This document shows positions 45,606-54,733 of a stretch of 64,000 bases of DNA, in pieces. The position numbers were made by a program, and so were the translations under genes. Positions within the stretch are counted from its first letter, which is position 1, and each line of letters opens with the position of its first letter. Source of the DNA: Oscillospiraceae bacterium (GTDB taxonomy: Bacteria > Bacillota > Clostridia > Oscillospirales > Acutalibacteraceae); the NCBI GenBank assembly GCA_029098185.1, contig JAQXNV010000017.1, positions 66 through 64,065 of the forward strand, written 5' to 3'. A model generated the notes under the pieces. It had not been told where the DNA came from, did no database searches, and saw only the letters and a list, made by a program, of their open reading frames with translations.

Positions 45606-45626
45606 GCAATAGGACAGCTATACTCG

Positions 45627-45659
45627 GTCTGCCGTATTCGTTTACGGCAGGCTTTTTTT
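45627..45659 (+). terminator. Terminator after the SBP gene
   Basis: CTGCCGTA-ttcgtt-TACGGCAG followed by a T-tract. Confidence 0.8.
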
Positions 45660-45734
45660 ATTTGTGCAGCAAAAAAGAGGCCGTGCCCCTTATCGGAACA
45701 CGACCTCCCTAGCAAACTATGTAAGTTTTCTAGC

Positions 45735-46277
45735 TTATTTGAGTCTCTCCAGCAGGCCTTTGAAGCCAGCGCCGTGACGAGCCTCGTCCTTAGCCATCTC
45801 ATGAACGGTGTCATGGATTGCATCGTAGCCCAGCTGCTTTGCCAGAGTAGCGATTGCCAGCTTAGCCTCGCAAGCGCCAGCCTCAGCCTCAGCGCGCATC
45901 TCCAGGTTCTTCTTGGTGCAAGGTGTTACAACCTCGCCCAGCAGCTCAGCAAATTTTGCTGCGTGCTCAGCCTCTTCGTAAGCATACTTCTCAAAGGCCA
46001 GACCAACTTCTGCATAGCCTTCTCTGTGTGCCTGACGAGCCATTGCCAGGTACATACCAACTTCGCAACATTCGCCGTTGAAGTGTGCAACGAGCTCGTT
46101 GTAAACTCTCTCGTCGATCTTATCTTTTGCGCCAACGCCGATCTCGTGCTCGCAAGCGAAGCCAGCACCCTCTACAACTTCCTTAAACTTCTCAGCAGGA
46201 GCCTTGCAGATTGGGCATACTGCAGGGATTTCGCCTTCAGCAATGTAACCGCAAACGGTGCAAACAAACTTTTTCAT
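45735..46277 (-). CDS. rbr: Reverse rubrerythrin (N-terminal rubredoxin-like domain plus diiron ferritin-like domain)
   Basis: CTVCGY...CPICKAP at the N-terminus, with ExxH diiron motifs ([14 protein letters not shown]). Confidence 0.9.
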   Translation of the reverse strand: MKKFVCTVCGYIAEGEIPAVCPICKAPAEKFKEVVEGAGFACEHEIGVGAKDKIDERVYNELVAHFNGECCEVGMYLAMARQAHREGYAEVGLAFEKYAYEEAEHAAKFAELLGEVVTPCTKKNLEMRAEAEAGACEAKLAIATLAKQLGYDAIHDTVHEMAKDEARHGAGFKGLLERLK

Positions 46278-46327
46278 GACAAATTCCTCATTTCTTTAAA
46301 AATTTGAGATTTATAGTTTAAGACGCG

Positions 46328-46750
46328 TTAATCGCGTTCAACTATACGACAGTCAGGGCATAGTCCATAAAAGACCAGCTCATGGTTTTCGATTTCGACG
46401 CCCAGGGCGTCCTCGACGGAAGCGATGGTTTTCGGCGCCACATGATCTTCCAGAATATCCATGACCCGGTTGCATTTTTTGCAGATGAAGTGGCCATGGG
46501 GAACGGTCATTGCGTCAAAACGCTCATGACCGTTAATGATGCCGACACTGATGATCAGTCCGTCCTCTTTAAACTGGGCGATGTTCCGGTATACGGTTCC
46601 AAGGCTCAGGTTAGGGAACTGGGGCTTTAGCTGCTGGTAGACCCATTCTGCGCTGGGATGACAGTTCGTCGATCGGATCGTTTCCAAAATCGCTTGCCGC
46701 TTGACGCTGAAATTCTGTTTTCGCACAGGCGTCCTGGCGACTCCTTCCAT
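46328..46750 (-). CDS. perR: Fur-family repressor, probably PerR
   Basis: HGHFICKKC...CPDC structural Zn site and a winged-helix N-domain. It is immediately upstream of, and co-oriented with, rubrerythrin. Confidence 0.78.
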   Translation of the reverse strand: MEGVARTPVRKQNFSVKRQAILETIRSTNCHPSAEWVYQQLKPQFPNLSLGTVYRNIAQFKEDGLIISVGIINGHERFDAMTVPHGHFICKKCNRVMDILEDHVAPKTIASVEDALGVEIENHELVFYGLCPDCRIVERD

Positions 46751-46852
46751 GACAAACCATCCTTTCCTTTTGGTATGATCCCATTACCATTATACCACGC
46801 CCTGTGCAAAATGCAAATACTTTGTGCTGATGCCATTAGCGGTAGAAATAAG

Positions 46853-46867
46853 TAATGATTATCATTA
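46853..46867. promoter_or_regulatory. Perfect 7-1-7 Fur/PerR-type box upstream of perR
   Basis: TAATGAT-T-ATCATTA, about 100 nt upstream of the perR start. Confidence 0.7.
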
Positions 46868-47101
46868 TTTGCATTATACCACGGAAGGGCCTGTTTGTAA
46901 ATCCTCAATTCAGCTAAAATTTGAAAAATAATTTTGAGCAAACCATCGAAACCATGGCGGTTTTCCGGTCGAAAAAGGAGAGGCACTGTTTTCTAGGGGA
47001 ATGATTTTTTAGGAATTTGCAAAAAAATCCGTTTTTGCGCTAGTGCAATTTGGAAAAAGCCGTGGTATAATAAGCCTATCAAACCGATTGAGAGGGGCAA
47101 C

Positions 47102-48091
47102 ATGATGGAAAAAATCAGATTTGGTATTGCATGCTATGGCAATTTAGGCAGAGGCGTAGCGCTTTCGATCCGGCAAAATCCGGACATGGAGCTGGTTGGC
47201 GTATTCACCCGGCGGGATCCGTCTAAGGTGCAGGTGGTGACCGGTGCGCCGGCCTATCGTATCGACGACCTGGATCAGCACGCATCCGACATCGATGTGC
47301 TGATCCTGTGCGGCGGCAGCGCCACCGATCTGCCAAAGCAGACGCCGGAATTGGCAAAGCATTTCAAAGTTGTGGACAGCTTTGATACCCATGCCAGCAT
47401 TCCGGAGCACTTTGCCAACGTGGACAAGTCGGCCAAAGCCGGCGGCCATGTGGCGATCATTTCCATTGGTTGGGACCCGGGTCTGTTCTCCCTGAACCGG
47501 ATGATGGCGGGAGCGATCCTGCCGGAGGGCAGTGATTACACCTTCTGGGGCAAGGGCGTCAGCCAGGGACATTCCGACGCGGTGCGCCGCATCCCCGGCG
47601 TCATCGATGCCAGACAGTACACGATCCCGGTAGAGAGCGCTGTGCAGGCGGTGCGCAACGGCGAGAACCCGACGCTGACTACCCGGGAAAAGCACGTTAG
47701 AGAGTGCTTTGTCGTGGCGGAAGAAGGGGCAGACCAGTCGAAGATCGAGGAAGCCATCAAGACTATGCCGAAGTACTTTGCCGACTACGACACGACAGTA
47801 CACTTTATTTCCAAGGAGGAGATGGAGCGGGAGCACAGCGGGATCCCCCATGGCGGCTGCGTGATCCGCACCGGCAAGACAGGCCTTGCAAAAGAGCATT
47901 CCCATGTGGTGGAGTTTTCGCTGAAGCTGGATTCCAATCCGGAGTTTACCGCCAGTGTACTGGTGGCCTATGCGCGGGCAGCCTACAAGCTGTCTAAGGA
48001 AGGCGCTCACGGCGCAAAGACGATTTTTGACATTGCGCCGGGATACCTTTCGCCCAAGACGCCGGAAGAGCTTCGTGGGACATTGCTGTAA
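47102..48091 (+). CDS. ddh: meso-Diaminopimelate D-dehydrogenase
   Basis: It is collinear with the Corynebacterium Ddh as I remember it: GYGNLGR, GWDPGLFS, FWGKGVSQGHSDAVRRIPGV, PHGG and DSNPEFTAS. Confidence 0.92.
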   Translation: MMEKIRFGIACYGNLGRGVALSIRQNPDMELVGVFTRRDPSKVQVVTGAPAYRIDDLDQHASDIDVLILCGGSATDLPKQTPELAKHFKVVDSFDTHASIPEHFANVDKSAKAGGHVAIISIGWDPGLFSLNRMMAGAILPEGSDYTFWGKGVSQGHSDAVRRIPGVIDARQYTIPVESAVQAVRNGENPTLTTREKHVRECFVVAEEGADQSKIEEAIKTMPKYFADYDTTVHFISKEEMEREHSGIPHGGCVIRTGKTGLAKEHSHVVEFSLKLDSNPEFTASVLVAYARAAYKLSKEGAHGAKTIFDIAPGYLSPKTPEELRGTLL

Positions 48092-48165
48092 CAGCGTTTC
48101 TTTTTGCGGATAAAGTAGAGTGCGGCGCCGAAAAGGTGTCGCATTTGTTTTCGGGAGAATTGCGT

Positions 48166-48861
48166 ATGCGATATGATAACTGGAGAAAAGGGATCTTTTG
48201 CAGTCGGCCCAACCGATTTATCGCCCATGTGGAACTGGATGGAGAGATGGTCGTTTGTCATGTCAAAAATACCGGGCGCTGCAAAGAACTGCTCCTGCCT
48301 GGCGCGACGGTCTATCTGGAGGAGCACGATTCCCCTAAGCGGAAAACAAAATATTCTCTTGTGGCCGTGGAGAAAGGGGAGATACTCATCAATCTGGATT
48401 CTCAGGCGCCCAACAAAGCGGTGGAGGAGTGGCTGCCCAACAGCGGACTGTTTAGACACTTGACCCAGCTTCGGCGAGAGGTGACCTACGGCAGCTCCCG
48501 GTTTGACTTTTATGTGGAATCTGACGGCAAAAAATGCTTTTTGGAGGTCAAGGGCGTAACGCTGGAGGAAAACGGCGTGGTGCTGTTTCCCGACGCGCCG
48601 ACAGAGCGGGGCGTAAAGCACCTGCGGGAGCTGCTGCGCTGTGTGGGCGAGGGGTACGATGCCTATGTGCTGTTTGTGGTGCAGATGCGTCCCGTGCGCT
48701 ATTTTACGCCGAACCGGGAGCGGGATCCGGCGTTTGCCAAGGCGCTGAAAGAGGCGTTTGACGGCGGCGTAAAGGTTTTGGCCGTGGATTGCGCAGTGAC
48801 GCCGGATACCATGGAGATCCGGGAATTTGTGCCGGTGCAGCTTGACGGAAAGGAGAGATGA
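48166..48861 (+). CDS. sfsA: SfsA-family protein (sugar fermentation stimulation/nuclease-like)
   Basis: RPNRFIAHVELDG...CHVKNTGRCKELL...FLEVKGVTL. The ATG at 48166 is preceded by gggagaa. Confidence 0.85.
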   Translation: MRYDNWRKGIFCSRPNRFIAHVELDGEMVVCHVKNTGRCKELLLPGATVYLEEHDSPKRKTKYSLVAVEKGEILINLDSQAPNKAVEEWLPNSGLFRHLTQLRREVTYGSSRFDFYVESDGKKCFLEVKGVTLEENGVVLFPDAPTERGVKHLRELLRCVGEGYDAYVLFVVQMRPVRYFTPNRERDPAFAKALKEAFDGGVKVLAVDCAVTPDTMEIREFVPVQLDGKER

Positions 48862-49703
48862 ACATGGATCCGCTCCAGAAAAAATATCACCGCCTGCAAG
48901 AGATCCTGCGCCAAAAGGGCCGGGTTGCCGTAGCGTTTTCCGGCGGGGTAGATTCGTCCTTTCTGCTGTGGAGCGCATACCAGACGTTGGGTGAGGACGC
49001 CATGGCCATCACGGTGACTGGCGCTATGGTGCCGGAGGAGGAAGCGCTCAAGGCAAGTCTTTTTGCGGCTCGCTATGGCATCGGGCAATTGCTTTTGCCG
49101 GTAGATGTGTTTTTATTGCCGGGCTTTTATCAAAACCCGCCGGACCGGTGCTATCATTGCAAACGATTCCTGTTCCAGAAGATCATCGCTGAGGCGTCGG
49201 CCCGGGGCATGACGGTGGTGGAGGGCAGCAATGTGGACGACCTGGCCGATTATCGTCCGGGCCGTCAGGCGCTGCTGGAGCTGTCTGTTGCGTCTCCGCT
49301 GCTGGAAGCCGGCTTAACGAAAGCGGACATTCGGCAGTTATCGAAGGAATTTGGGCTGGAAAGCTGGGATCAGCCCTCCTGCGCGTGTCTGGCATCCCGC
49401 ATCCCTTACGGAACCGCCATCACCCCGGAAGCGCTGCGCCGCATCGACCAGGCCGAAGCATATCTGCATTCCCTGGGCGTTTTGCAGGTGCGGGTGCGCA
49501 CCCACGGTCAGGTTGCCCGCATCGAGACAGACGCAGAAGGGTTTTCCCTGATTTGCGCAGCGCGGGAGAGCATTGCGGAGCAGCTAAGATCTCTGGGCTA
49601 TGGGGCGGTATCTCTCGATCTGGAATTGTATCGCACCGGGCGGCTCAATGGGATGGGAGTTGCGCCAAAAGAAAATTGCATAGACCCTGTTGACAAGATT
49701 TGA
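48858..49703 (+). CDS. LarE-like PP-loop ATP pyrophosphatase (sulfur-transferase family)
   Basis: AFSGGVDSS PP-loop and CACLASRIPYG. ATGA overlap with sfsA. No larB or larC is present in the window. Confidence 0.72.
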   Translation: MNMDPLQKKYHRLQEILRQKGRVAVAFSGGVDSSFLLWSAYQTLGEDAMAITVTGAMVPEEEALKASLFAARYGIGQLLLPVDVFLLPGFYQNPPDRCYHCKRFLFQKIIAEASARGMTVVEGSNVDDLADYRPGRQALLELSVASPLLEAGLTKADIRQLSKEFGLESWDQPSCACLASRIPYGTAITPEALRRIDQAEAYLHSLGVLQVRVRTHGQVARIETDAEGFSLICAARESIAEQLRSLGYGAVSLDLELYRTGRLNGMGVAPKENCIDPVDKI

Positions 49704-49718
49704 CAAGTTCGTTATAAT
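49690..49718 (+). promoter_or_regulatory. Sigma-A promoter driving the riboswitch leader
   Basis: TTGACA (49690-95), a 17-nt spacer, then TATAAT (49713-18). Confidence 0.75.
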
Positions 49719-49726
49719 GAAAACGA

Positions 49727-49845
49727 AATAAAGGGGAGTAGCTCGTCATCCTGGTTCAGCCGGGATGTTGTACGGTATCGTCAATCACGTTGCGTCTGCA
49801 TCCGTGCCGTACATAATACCTGTGTATTAGAGCAAGACTTTTATT
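49727..49845 (+). promoter_or_regulatory. yybP-ykoY (Mn2+) riboswitch aptamer
   Basis: AAAGGGGAGUAGC at the 5' side, AUCGUCAAUCAC in the middle, and UUAGAGCAAGACUUUU at the 3' side match the conserved L1/L3 elements of the family as I recall them from the L. lactis and B. subtilis examples. P1 pairs AAUAAAGG with CUUUUAUU. Confidence 0.82.
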
Positions 49846-49877
49846 GTAGCTTTGTGTTGCAATAAAAGTCTTTTTTT
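49836..49877 (+). terminator. Riboswitch expression-platform terminator
   Basis: GACTTTTATTG-N13-CAATAAAAGTC followed by T7. Its 5' arm overlaps the 3' strand of aptamer P1, which gives ON-switch logic. Confidence 0.8.
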
Positions 49878-49903
49878 ATTGCAATCGGAAAGGAGGAACC
49901 CTT

Positions 49904-50899
49904 ATGTCTTATGTATTGCCCTACATTTTTCTGCTCGGCGGCTTTGTCCTGCTGGTAAAGGGCGCCGATGTATTTGTTGAGGGCAGTTCCGGCATCGCCC
50001 GATTCTTTAAGATCCCATCGCTCATCATCGGCCTGACCATCGTAGCCTTTGGCACCAGCGCTCCAGAAGCGGCCGTCAGCATCACGGCGTCCATCACCGG
50101 CCAGACCGGTATCGCTGTTGGCAATGTGTCCGGCTCCAACATTTTCAATATTTTGGCGGTGCTGGGCGTCTGCGCCATGATCCGGCCGATCCACGTCCAT
50201 CGGTCCATCATGAACCGGGATTATCTGCTCATGCTCATTGCCTGCGCCATGTTCTTTGCGGTCAGCGCCGATATGTGGCTGGGCACCAGCAGTACGGGCA
50301 TCGTTTCCCGGGGCGACGGCATCGTGCTGGCGCTGCTGTTCTGCGTCTTTATGTATATGACGATCCAGTCTGGCCTCAAGGGCCGCAAGGAAGCGCCAAA
50401 GCTGCCGGACGAGCCTCACGAAGCGCCGCAGCCGGAAAAAGCAGAAAAACCGGTGAAGCTGCCAAAAAGCATCATCATGGCGGTGCTGGGATTGGCCGGC
50501 GTCATCATCGGCGGCCAGTTGGTCGTCAACGGCGCAAGTGCCATCGCCAAATCCTTTGGCGCCAGCGAAACGTTGATCGGCGTTACGGTGGTGGCCATCG
50601 GGACCTCGCTGCCAGAGCTGGTCACCAGCATCATGGCGTCGAGAAAAGGCGAAAACGATATGGCTGTGGGCAACGTTATCGGCTCCAATCTCTTTAACGT
50701 TCTGTTCGTCATCGCAGCGTCGTCCATCATCAGCCCGCTGACCCTGGATATGGAATCGGTCATCGACATGATCATCATGCTGGGCGTTTCCATTATGGTT
50801 TATTTCTTTGCGGTCACCAAGCAGAAGATCAACCGGGTCGAAGGCGGCATTATGACAGCGCTGTATATCGCTTATACGGCTTTCGCCATCGTCCGGTAA
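49904..50899 (+). CDS. CaCA-family cation/Ca2+ (Na+/Ca2+) antiporter, YrbG-like
   Basis: Two alpha-repeats are present: GTSAPE...GNVSGSNIFNIL and GTSLPE...GNVIGSNLFNVL. RBS aaaggagga. Confidence 0.88.
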   Translation: MSYVLPYIFLLGGFVLLVKGADVFVEGSSGIARFFKIPSLIIGLTIVAFGTSAPEAAVSITASITGQTGIAVGNVSGSNIFNILAVLGVCAMIRPIHVHRSIMNRDYLLMLIACAMFFAVSADMWLGTSSTGIVSRGDGIVLALLFCVFMYMTIQSGLKGRKEAPKLPDEPHEAPQPEKAEKPVKLPKSIIMAVLGLAGVIIGGQLVVNGASAIAKSFGASETLIGVTVVAIGTSLPELVTSIMASRKGENDMAVGNVIGSNLFNVLFVIAASSIISPLTLDMESVIDMIIMLGVSIMVYFFAVTKQKINRVEGGIMTALYIAYTAFAIVR

Positions 50900-50910
50900 C
50901 GGAAAAAGAA

Positions 50911-50936
50911 GTCTCGCTTTCGGGCGGGGCTTTTTT
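50911..50936 (+). terminator. Terminator after the antiporter gene
   Basis: GTCTCGC-tttcgg-GCGGGGC (includes G-U pairs) followed by TTTTTT. Confidence 0.6.
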
Positions 50937-51009
50937 CTTTTTTATTGGTTGCGCTTTTGCCCTGCGTGTGATAAAATGAGGCAAATAAAAAGAAGAAAGA
51001 GGGGATCTT

Positions 51010-52002
51010 ATGCAAAAACGACGGGGGATCAAGCTCTCCCTGCTGGCATTGGCATCGGCTATGGCGGTATCGCTGGCCGGATGCGGAAACCAGGCAGCAG
51101 ACCTTAGCACCATCGACGCCAATGCAGTAATGGAGCAGGTATCGGCCAATATGTCCGATGTCCGTTCCATGGACGTTTCCATGGCGGTCCGTGTCGATAT
51201 GACCAACGAGCTGGCCCAGCAGGATAACCAGTATCAGCTCCAGGCAGACGCCGACCTTGCGATGAAAGAGGAGCCGCTGCAGTTTGCCATGACAGCGAAG
51301 GTGTCCGGCAACGATATGGAGGGAAGGGAAAGTCAACTGTATCTGGTGCCGCAGGAGAAGGAATATGTTTGCTACTACGGCGCAACGGAGGAAGATAACA
51401 CCGTCCACTGGGCAAAACAGACCGTGACCCAGCAGGAAGCGGAAAAGCTAAAAGAGCAGTATTCGCTCCAGCTTGCAGAGGGCGATACGCAGCAGGACGA
51501 AACAAACGAGATCGGCAAGCTGCTGACGCAGTCCATGGCGCTGCAGGTCACCGGCCGGGAACAGGTCGATCAGAAGAACAATTTGGTCCTGGAGGGCACC
51601 TTGAAGATAGGTGATGTGCTGGCGCTTTTGCCGTCCAGCGGCACAGAGGAGATGCTGGGAGGCCTTTCCGGCTTATCGGAGGAAGTCCTGTCCCTTTACC
51701 AAAACATGACGATCCCCCTCCGGTTTTCTGTGGAGGAGGAGACAAAGCTGCTGACCAAATGCACCATTGATTTTAAGCCGGCTGTCGATGAAATCCTCCA
51801 GGGGATGATGCAGTCCTTCCAAACATCGTCAGACGATACGGCGGTGACCAGTATGCCGATCCCCGTCACCGTGAACCAGGCGGAGATCTCTGTCATCGTC
51901 AATGGCATCAACGAAACGGTCAAGGAGATCACCGTTCCGCAGGAGGCGCTCCAAAACGCCAAAGAGGAGGATGCCATCAGCGGGATCATGACAAATGTAT
52001 AA
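51010..52002 (+). CDS. Lipoprotein of unknown function
   Basis: Signal peptide with lipobox LSLLALASAMAVSLAGC. The mature part is acidic, and I recognise no family. Confidence 0.7.
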   Translation: MQKRRGIKLSLLALASAMAVSLAGCGNQAADLSTIDANAVMEQVSANMSDVRSMDVSMAVRVDMTNELAQQDNQYQLQADADLAMKEEPLQFAMTAKVSGNDMEGRESQLYLVPQEKEYVCYYGATEEDNTVHWAKQTVTQQEAEKLKEQYSLQLAEGDTQQDETNEIGKLLTQSMALQVTGREQVDQKNNLVLEGTLKIGDVLALLPSSGTEEMLGGLSGLSEEVLSLYQNMTIPLRFSVEEETKLLTKCTIDFKPAVDEILQGMMQSFQTSSDDTAVTSMPIPVTVNQAEISVIVNGINETVKEITVPQEALQNAKEEDAISGIMTNV

Positions 52003-52020
52003 CGCGTAACGCGCCAAAGG

Positions 52021-52060
52021 AAAAGCCGCCCCGATGTTTACACCGGAGCGGCTTGTTTTT
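52021..52060. terminator. Bidirectional terminator between the lipoprotein gene and the PAP2 gene
   Basis: AAGCCGC-N18-GCGGCTT flanked by A and T tracts. Confidence 0.7.
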
Positions 52061-52064
52061 GCGA

Positions 52065-52661
52065 TCAATGGAACATAAAATAGGAGATCGGGACAAAGTG
52101 GAGAAACAGCCGGACGATCTGAATGGCGATGACGCCGATGGCTGCGCCGGAGAGGATCCCGAAGATGATGTCGGTGGGATAGTGGACGAACAGGTACAGC
52201 CGGGAAAAGGCGATGATAAACGCCAGGAACAAAGCGATCAGTCCCAGCCGGGCGTCCATGTGGATCAGCGTGACGGCACAAGCAAAGGAGGTTGCCGTGT
52301 GGCCGGAGGGGAACGAGGAACCAAAGGGACGCTTGATGAGCAGGGGGACATTTTTATAAATATCGCAGGGCCGGTCCCGGTCCACCAGGGATTTAAAGAT
52401 CACATTGTTGCACAGGGCGCACAGCAGCAGCGCAATGACCATATATAAGCCGTAGCGGCTGGTGCTGGGATTAAAAATGAGGAAACCGGAGAGGATCGCC
52501 CAGATGAGGCCGCCGTTTCCCATGATGGTAAAGGCGAGCATCGCAATGCTCAATCGCTTGGATTGATTGCGCTGAACGGAAAATAAGAGCGCCTCATCAA
52601 AGCGCTTTAGCTTGAGCTTCAACGGAATCACATCCTTTCTCAAAACGAAGCTGTCTTGCAT
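52065..52661 (-). CDS. PAP2-family phosphatase (undecaprenyl-diphosphatase-like)
   Basis: The three PAP2 motifs are present: KSLVDRDRP, SFPSGHT and SRLYLFVHYPTD. Confidence 0.88.
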   Translation of the reverse strand: MQDSFVLRKDVIPLKLKLKRFDEALLFSVQRNQSKRLSIAMLAFTIMGNGGLIWAILSGFLIFNPSTSRYGLYMVIALLLCALCNNVIFKSLVDRDRPCDIYKNVPLLIKRPFGSSFPSGHTATSFACAVTLIHMDARLGLIALFLAFIIAFSRLYLFVHYPTDIIFGILSGAAIGVIAIQIVRLFLHFVPISYFMFH

Positions 52662-52914
52662 CTTTTTCTTACAAAAGCGTATAAAAGTCTTATTTTATTT
52701 CATTATAGAGCATCGCAAAGAAAAAATCCAGTCCTTTTGCGGAATTTCTCGCAAAAATTTCCCTGGAAATTTCTTTTGAAAAGCAAGGGCGTTAAACCGT
52801 CGAAAAAGAAGGACTTTGCCGGGAAAAATCAAAGAATTGTATTGCAATCGGGCGTAAGGGGTATTATAATAAAACAATAAGATTGTAAAAGATCAGAAAA
52901 TGGAGGAATCAACA

Positions 52915-53115
52915 ATGGCAGCAATTACAAAAGATACGATCATCGGTGATGTTCTGGATCTGGATCCTACCACAGCAGAGTTTTTCCTCAACATGGGAAT
53001 GCACTGCCTGGGCTGCCCGGCATCCCGGGGCGAGACCGTTGAGGAAGCTTGTCAGGTACACGGCGTAGATTGCGACGAGCTGGTTGCAAAGATCAACGCC
53101 CACATGGCAAAATAA
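52915..53115 (+). CDS. DUF1858-domain small redox protein (hybrid-cluster-protein-associated type)
   Basis: 66 aa with IIGDVL...MHCLGCPASRGETVEEAC. GGAGG lies 8 nt upstream of the ATG at 52915. Confidence 0.78.
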   Translation: MAAITKDTIIGDVLDLDPTTAEFFLNMGMHCLGCPASRGETVEEACQVHGVDCDELVAKINAHMAK

Positions 53116-53135
53116 ACAGCATACCGTTTCATCAG

Positions 53136-53170
53136 CCGCCCGGCACCAGGAGAAAGCCGGGCGGTTTGTT
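53136..53170 (+). terminator. Terminator after the DUF1858 gene
   Basis: CCGCCCGGC-N11-GCCGGGCGG followed by TTTGTTT. Confidence 0.75.
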
Positions 53171-53217
53171 TCGATTTTAACGCTTCCACATTGTGGCAGA
53201 AAGGGGGAAAGACCACC

Positions 53218-53949
53218 GTGCTTCCAAAACGAAAACGAAAGCTGGATGATCGTCTGGCGGCCTGCGCGTCGCTGGTGCGGGAAAACTGCAAATTGGCCGA
53301 CATCGGCACCGACCACGCTTACCTGCCCATTGCGCTGGCCCAGGAGGGACGGATACAGCAGGCCATTGCGTCGGACATTCACGTTGGGCCGCTGCAAAAG
53401 GCGGCGATGCACGTGCGAAAATACGGCCTTGAAGAGAAGATCCAGACCCGCATTTCCGATGGTCTGGAGGTGATCTTCCCCAATGAGGCCGACGATATTG
53501 TCATTGCCGGCATGGGCGGCGAATTGATCGCCCGCATTATCGACAGCGCACCCTGGCTGCAGGACCCAGACAAGCATCTGATCCTGCAGCCCATGACTGC
53601 CCCGGAAGAGCTGCGGTGCGCTTTGCGGGAGCACGGGTTTTCTGTCCGGGAAGAAACGGCTGTGCTGGTAGAAGAAAAGGTCTATGGGGTAATGCTGGCA
53701 GTCTATGACCCGGAGCATCCCAATACAGACCCGCTGTTTCCCTACCTTGGTCTGCTTAACGGCACAACACCCCAAGGGGCAGCGTATATAGAGCGGCAGA
53801 TCCGTTTTTACCGCAACAAGGCAGAAGGGCTAAAACGAGCAGGCAAACTGGCACAAGCGGCTCCGGTAGAACAGCTTTTATGCCAGATGGAACAACGATT
53901 AAACGAAACAAAAGGAGGAAGCGTACATGACAACGGTACAGCAGATTGA
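53218..53949 (+). CDS. trmK: tRNA (adenine22-N1)-methyltransferase
   Basis: LADIGTDHAYLPI and IAGMGGELI motifs. The likely start is the GTG at 53218 after aaggggga; the TTG at 53191 is an alternative. Confidence 0.83.
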   Translation: MLPKRKRKLDDRLAACASLVRENCKLADIGTDHAYLPIALAQEGRIQQAIASDIHVGPLQKAAMHVRKYGLEEKIQTRISDGLEVIFPNEADDIVIAGMGGELIARIIDSAPWLQDPDKHLILQPMTAPEELRCALREHGFSVREETAVLVEEKVYGVMLAVYDPEHPNTDPLFPYLGLLNGTTPQGAAYIERQIRFYRNKAEGLKRAGKLAQAAPVEQLLCQMEQRLNETKGGSVHDNGTAD

Positions 53950-54697
53950 CAGAGCGATCAATGCGTTAGCGCCCTTTGACACCGCTATGTCTTTCGACAA
54001 TGTAGGCACGCTGGTTGGCGACCCGCAGAAGGTGGTGACAAAGGTCCTTGTTTCGCTGGATGTGACAGAGACCGTTCTGGCAGAAGCCATCGCCGTAGGC
54101 GCCCAGTTGATCGTCACCCATCATCCGGTGATCTTTACCCCCCTCAAGCGCCTTTCTGCCGATTCCCTGCCGTATCGTCTGGCAGAAAGCGGCATCGCTG
54201 TCATCAGCGCCCATACCAATTACGATCTAGCGCCTGAAGGCGTCAACTGCTGCCTTGCCAATGCGCTTTCCTTGATCGACGTGGAGCCCTTGGCCCTGGA
54301 GGAAAAGACCGGTCTGGCAGAAGGGCTCATCGGTACGCTCCCCGGAGATGCGATGGCGCCGGAACAGTTTGCAATGTTTGTCAAAGAGCGGCTGGGGTGC
54401 GGCGGCGTTAAATATACTGTGGGCCGTGGTCCGGTAAAACGGGTTGCCGTAGGCTGTGGCGCCGGGTCGTACCTGGTGTTTGATGCCATTTCTCACGGCG
54501 CTGACGGTTTTGTGACGGGAGAGAGCAAACACCACGAACTGCTGGCTGCCGTTCAGGGCGGCCTGACCATGGTGGATGCCGGCCACTTCTGCACAGAGGA
54601 TGTGGCCATGATGCCGCTGCTGGAGAAGCTGCGCGCTCAGTTTCCCGCTGTGCAGTTCCAAAAATCCAGTCAGCGGGAGCCGGTGCGCTATGTGTGA
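53927..54697 (+). CDS. Nif3-like dinuclear metal-centre protein (YqfO/GTP cyclohydrolase 1 type 2 family)
   Basis: LIVTHHPVIF...AVISAHTNYD...DAGHF. It follows trmK, as in the conserved yqfN-yqfO arrangement. Confidence 0.88.
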   Translation: MTTVQQIDRAINALAPFDTAMSFDNVGTLVGDPQKVVTKVLVSLDVTETVLAEAIAVGAQLIVTHHPVIFTPLKRLSADSLPYRLAESGIAVISAHTNYDLAPEGVNCCLANALSLIDVEPLALEEKTGLAEGLIGTLPGDAMAPEQFAMFVKERLGCGGVKYTVGRGPVKRVAVGCGAGSYLVFDAISHGADGFVTGESKHHELLAAVQGGLTMVDAGHFCTEDVAMMPLLEKLRAQFPAVQFQKSSQREPVRYV

Positions 54698-54733
54698 TGA
54701 CAGCCCAGCGTAGGGGGAAAGGAGGGGATCGCT

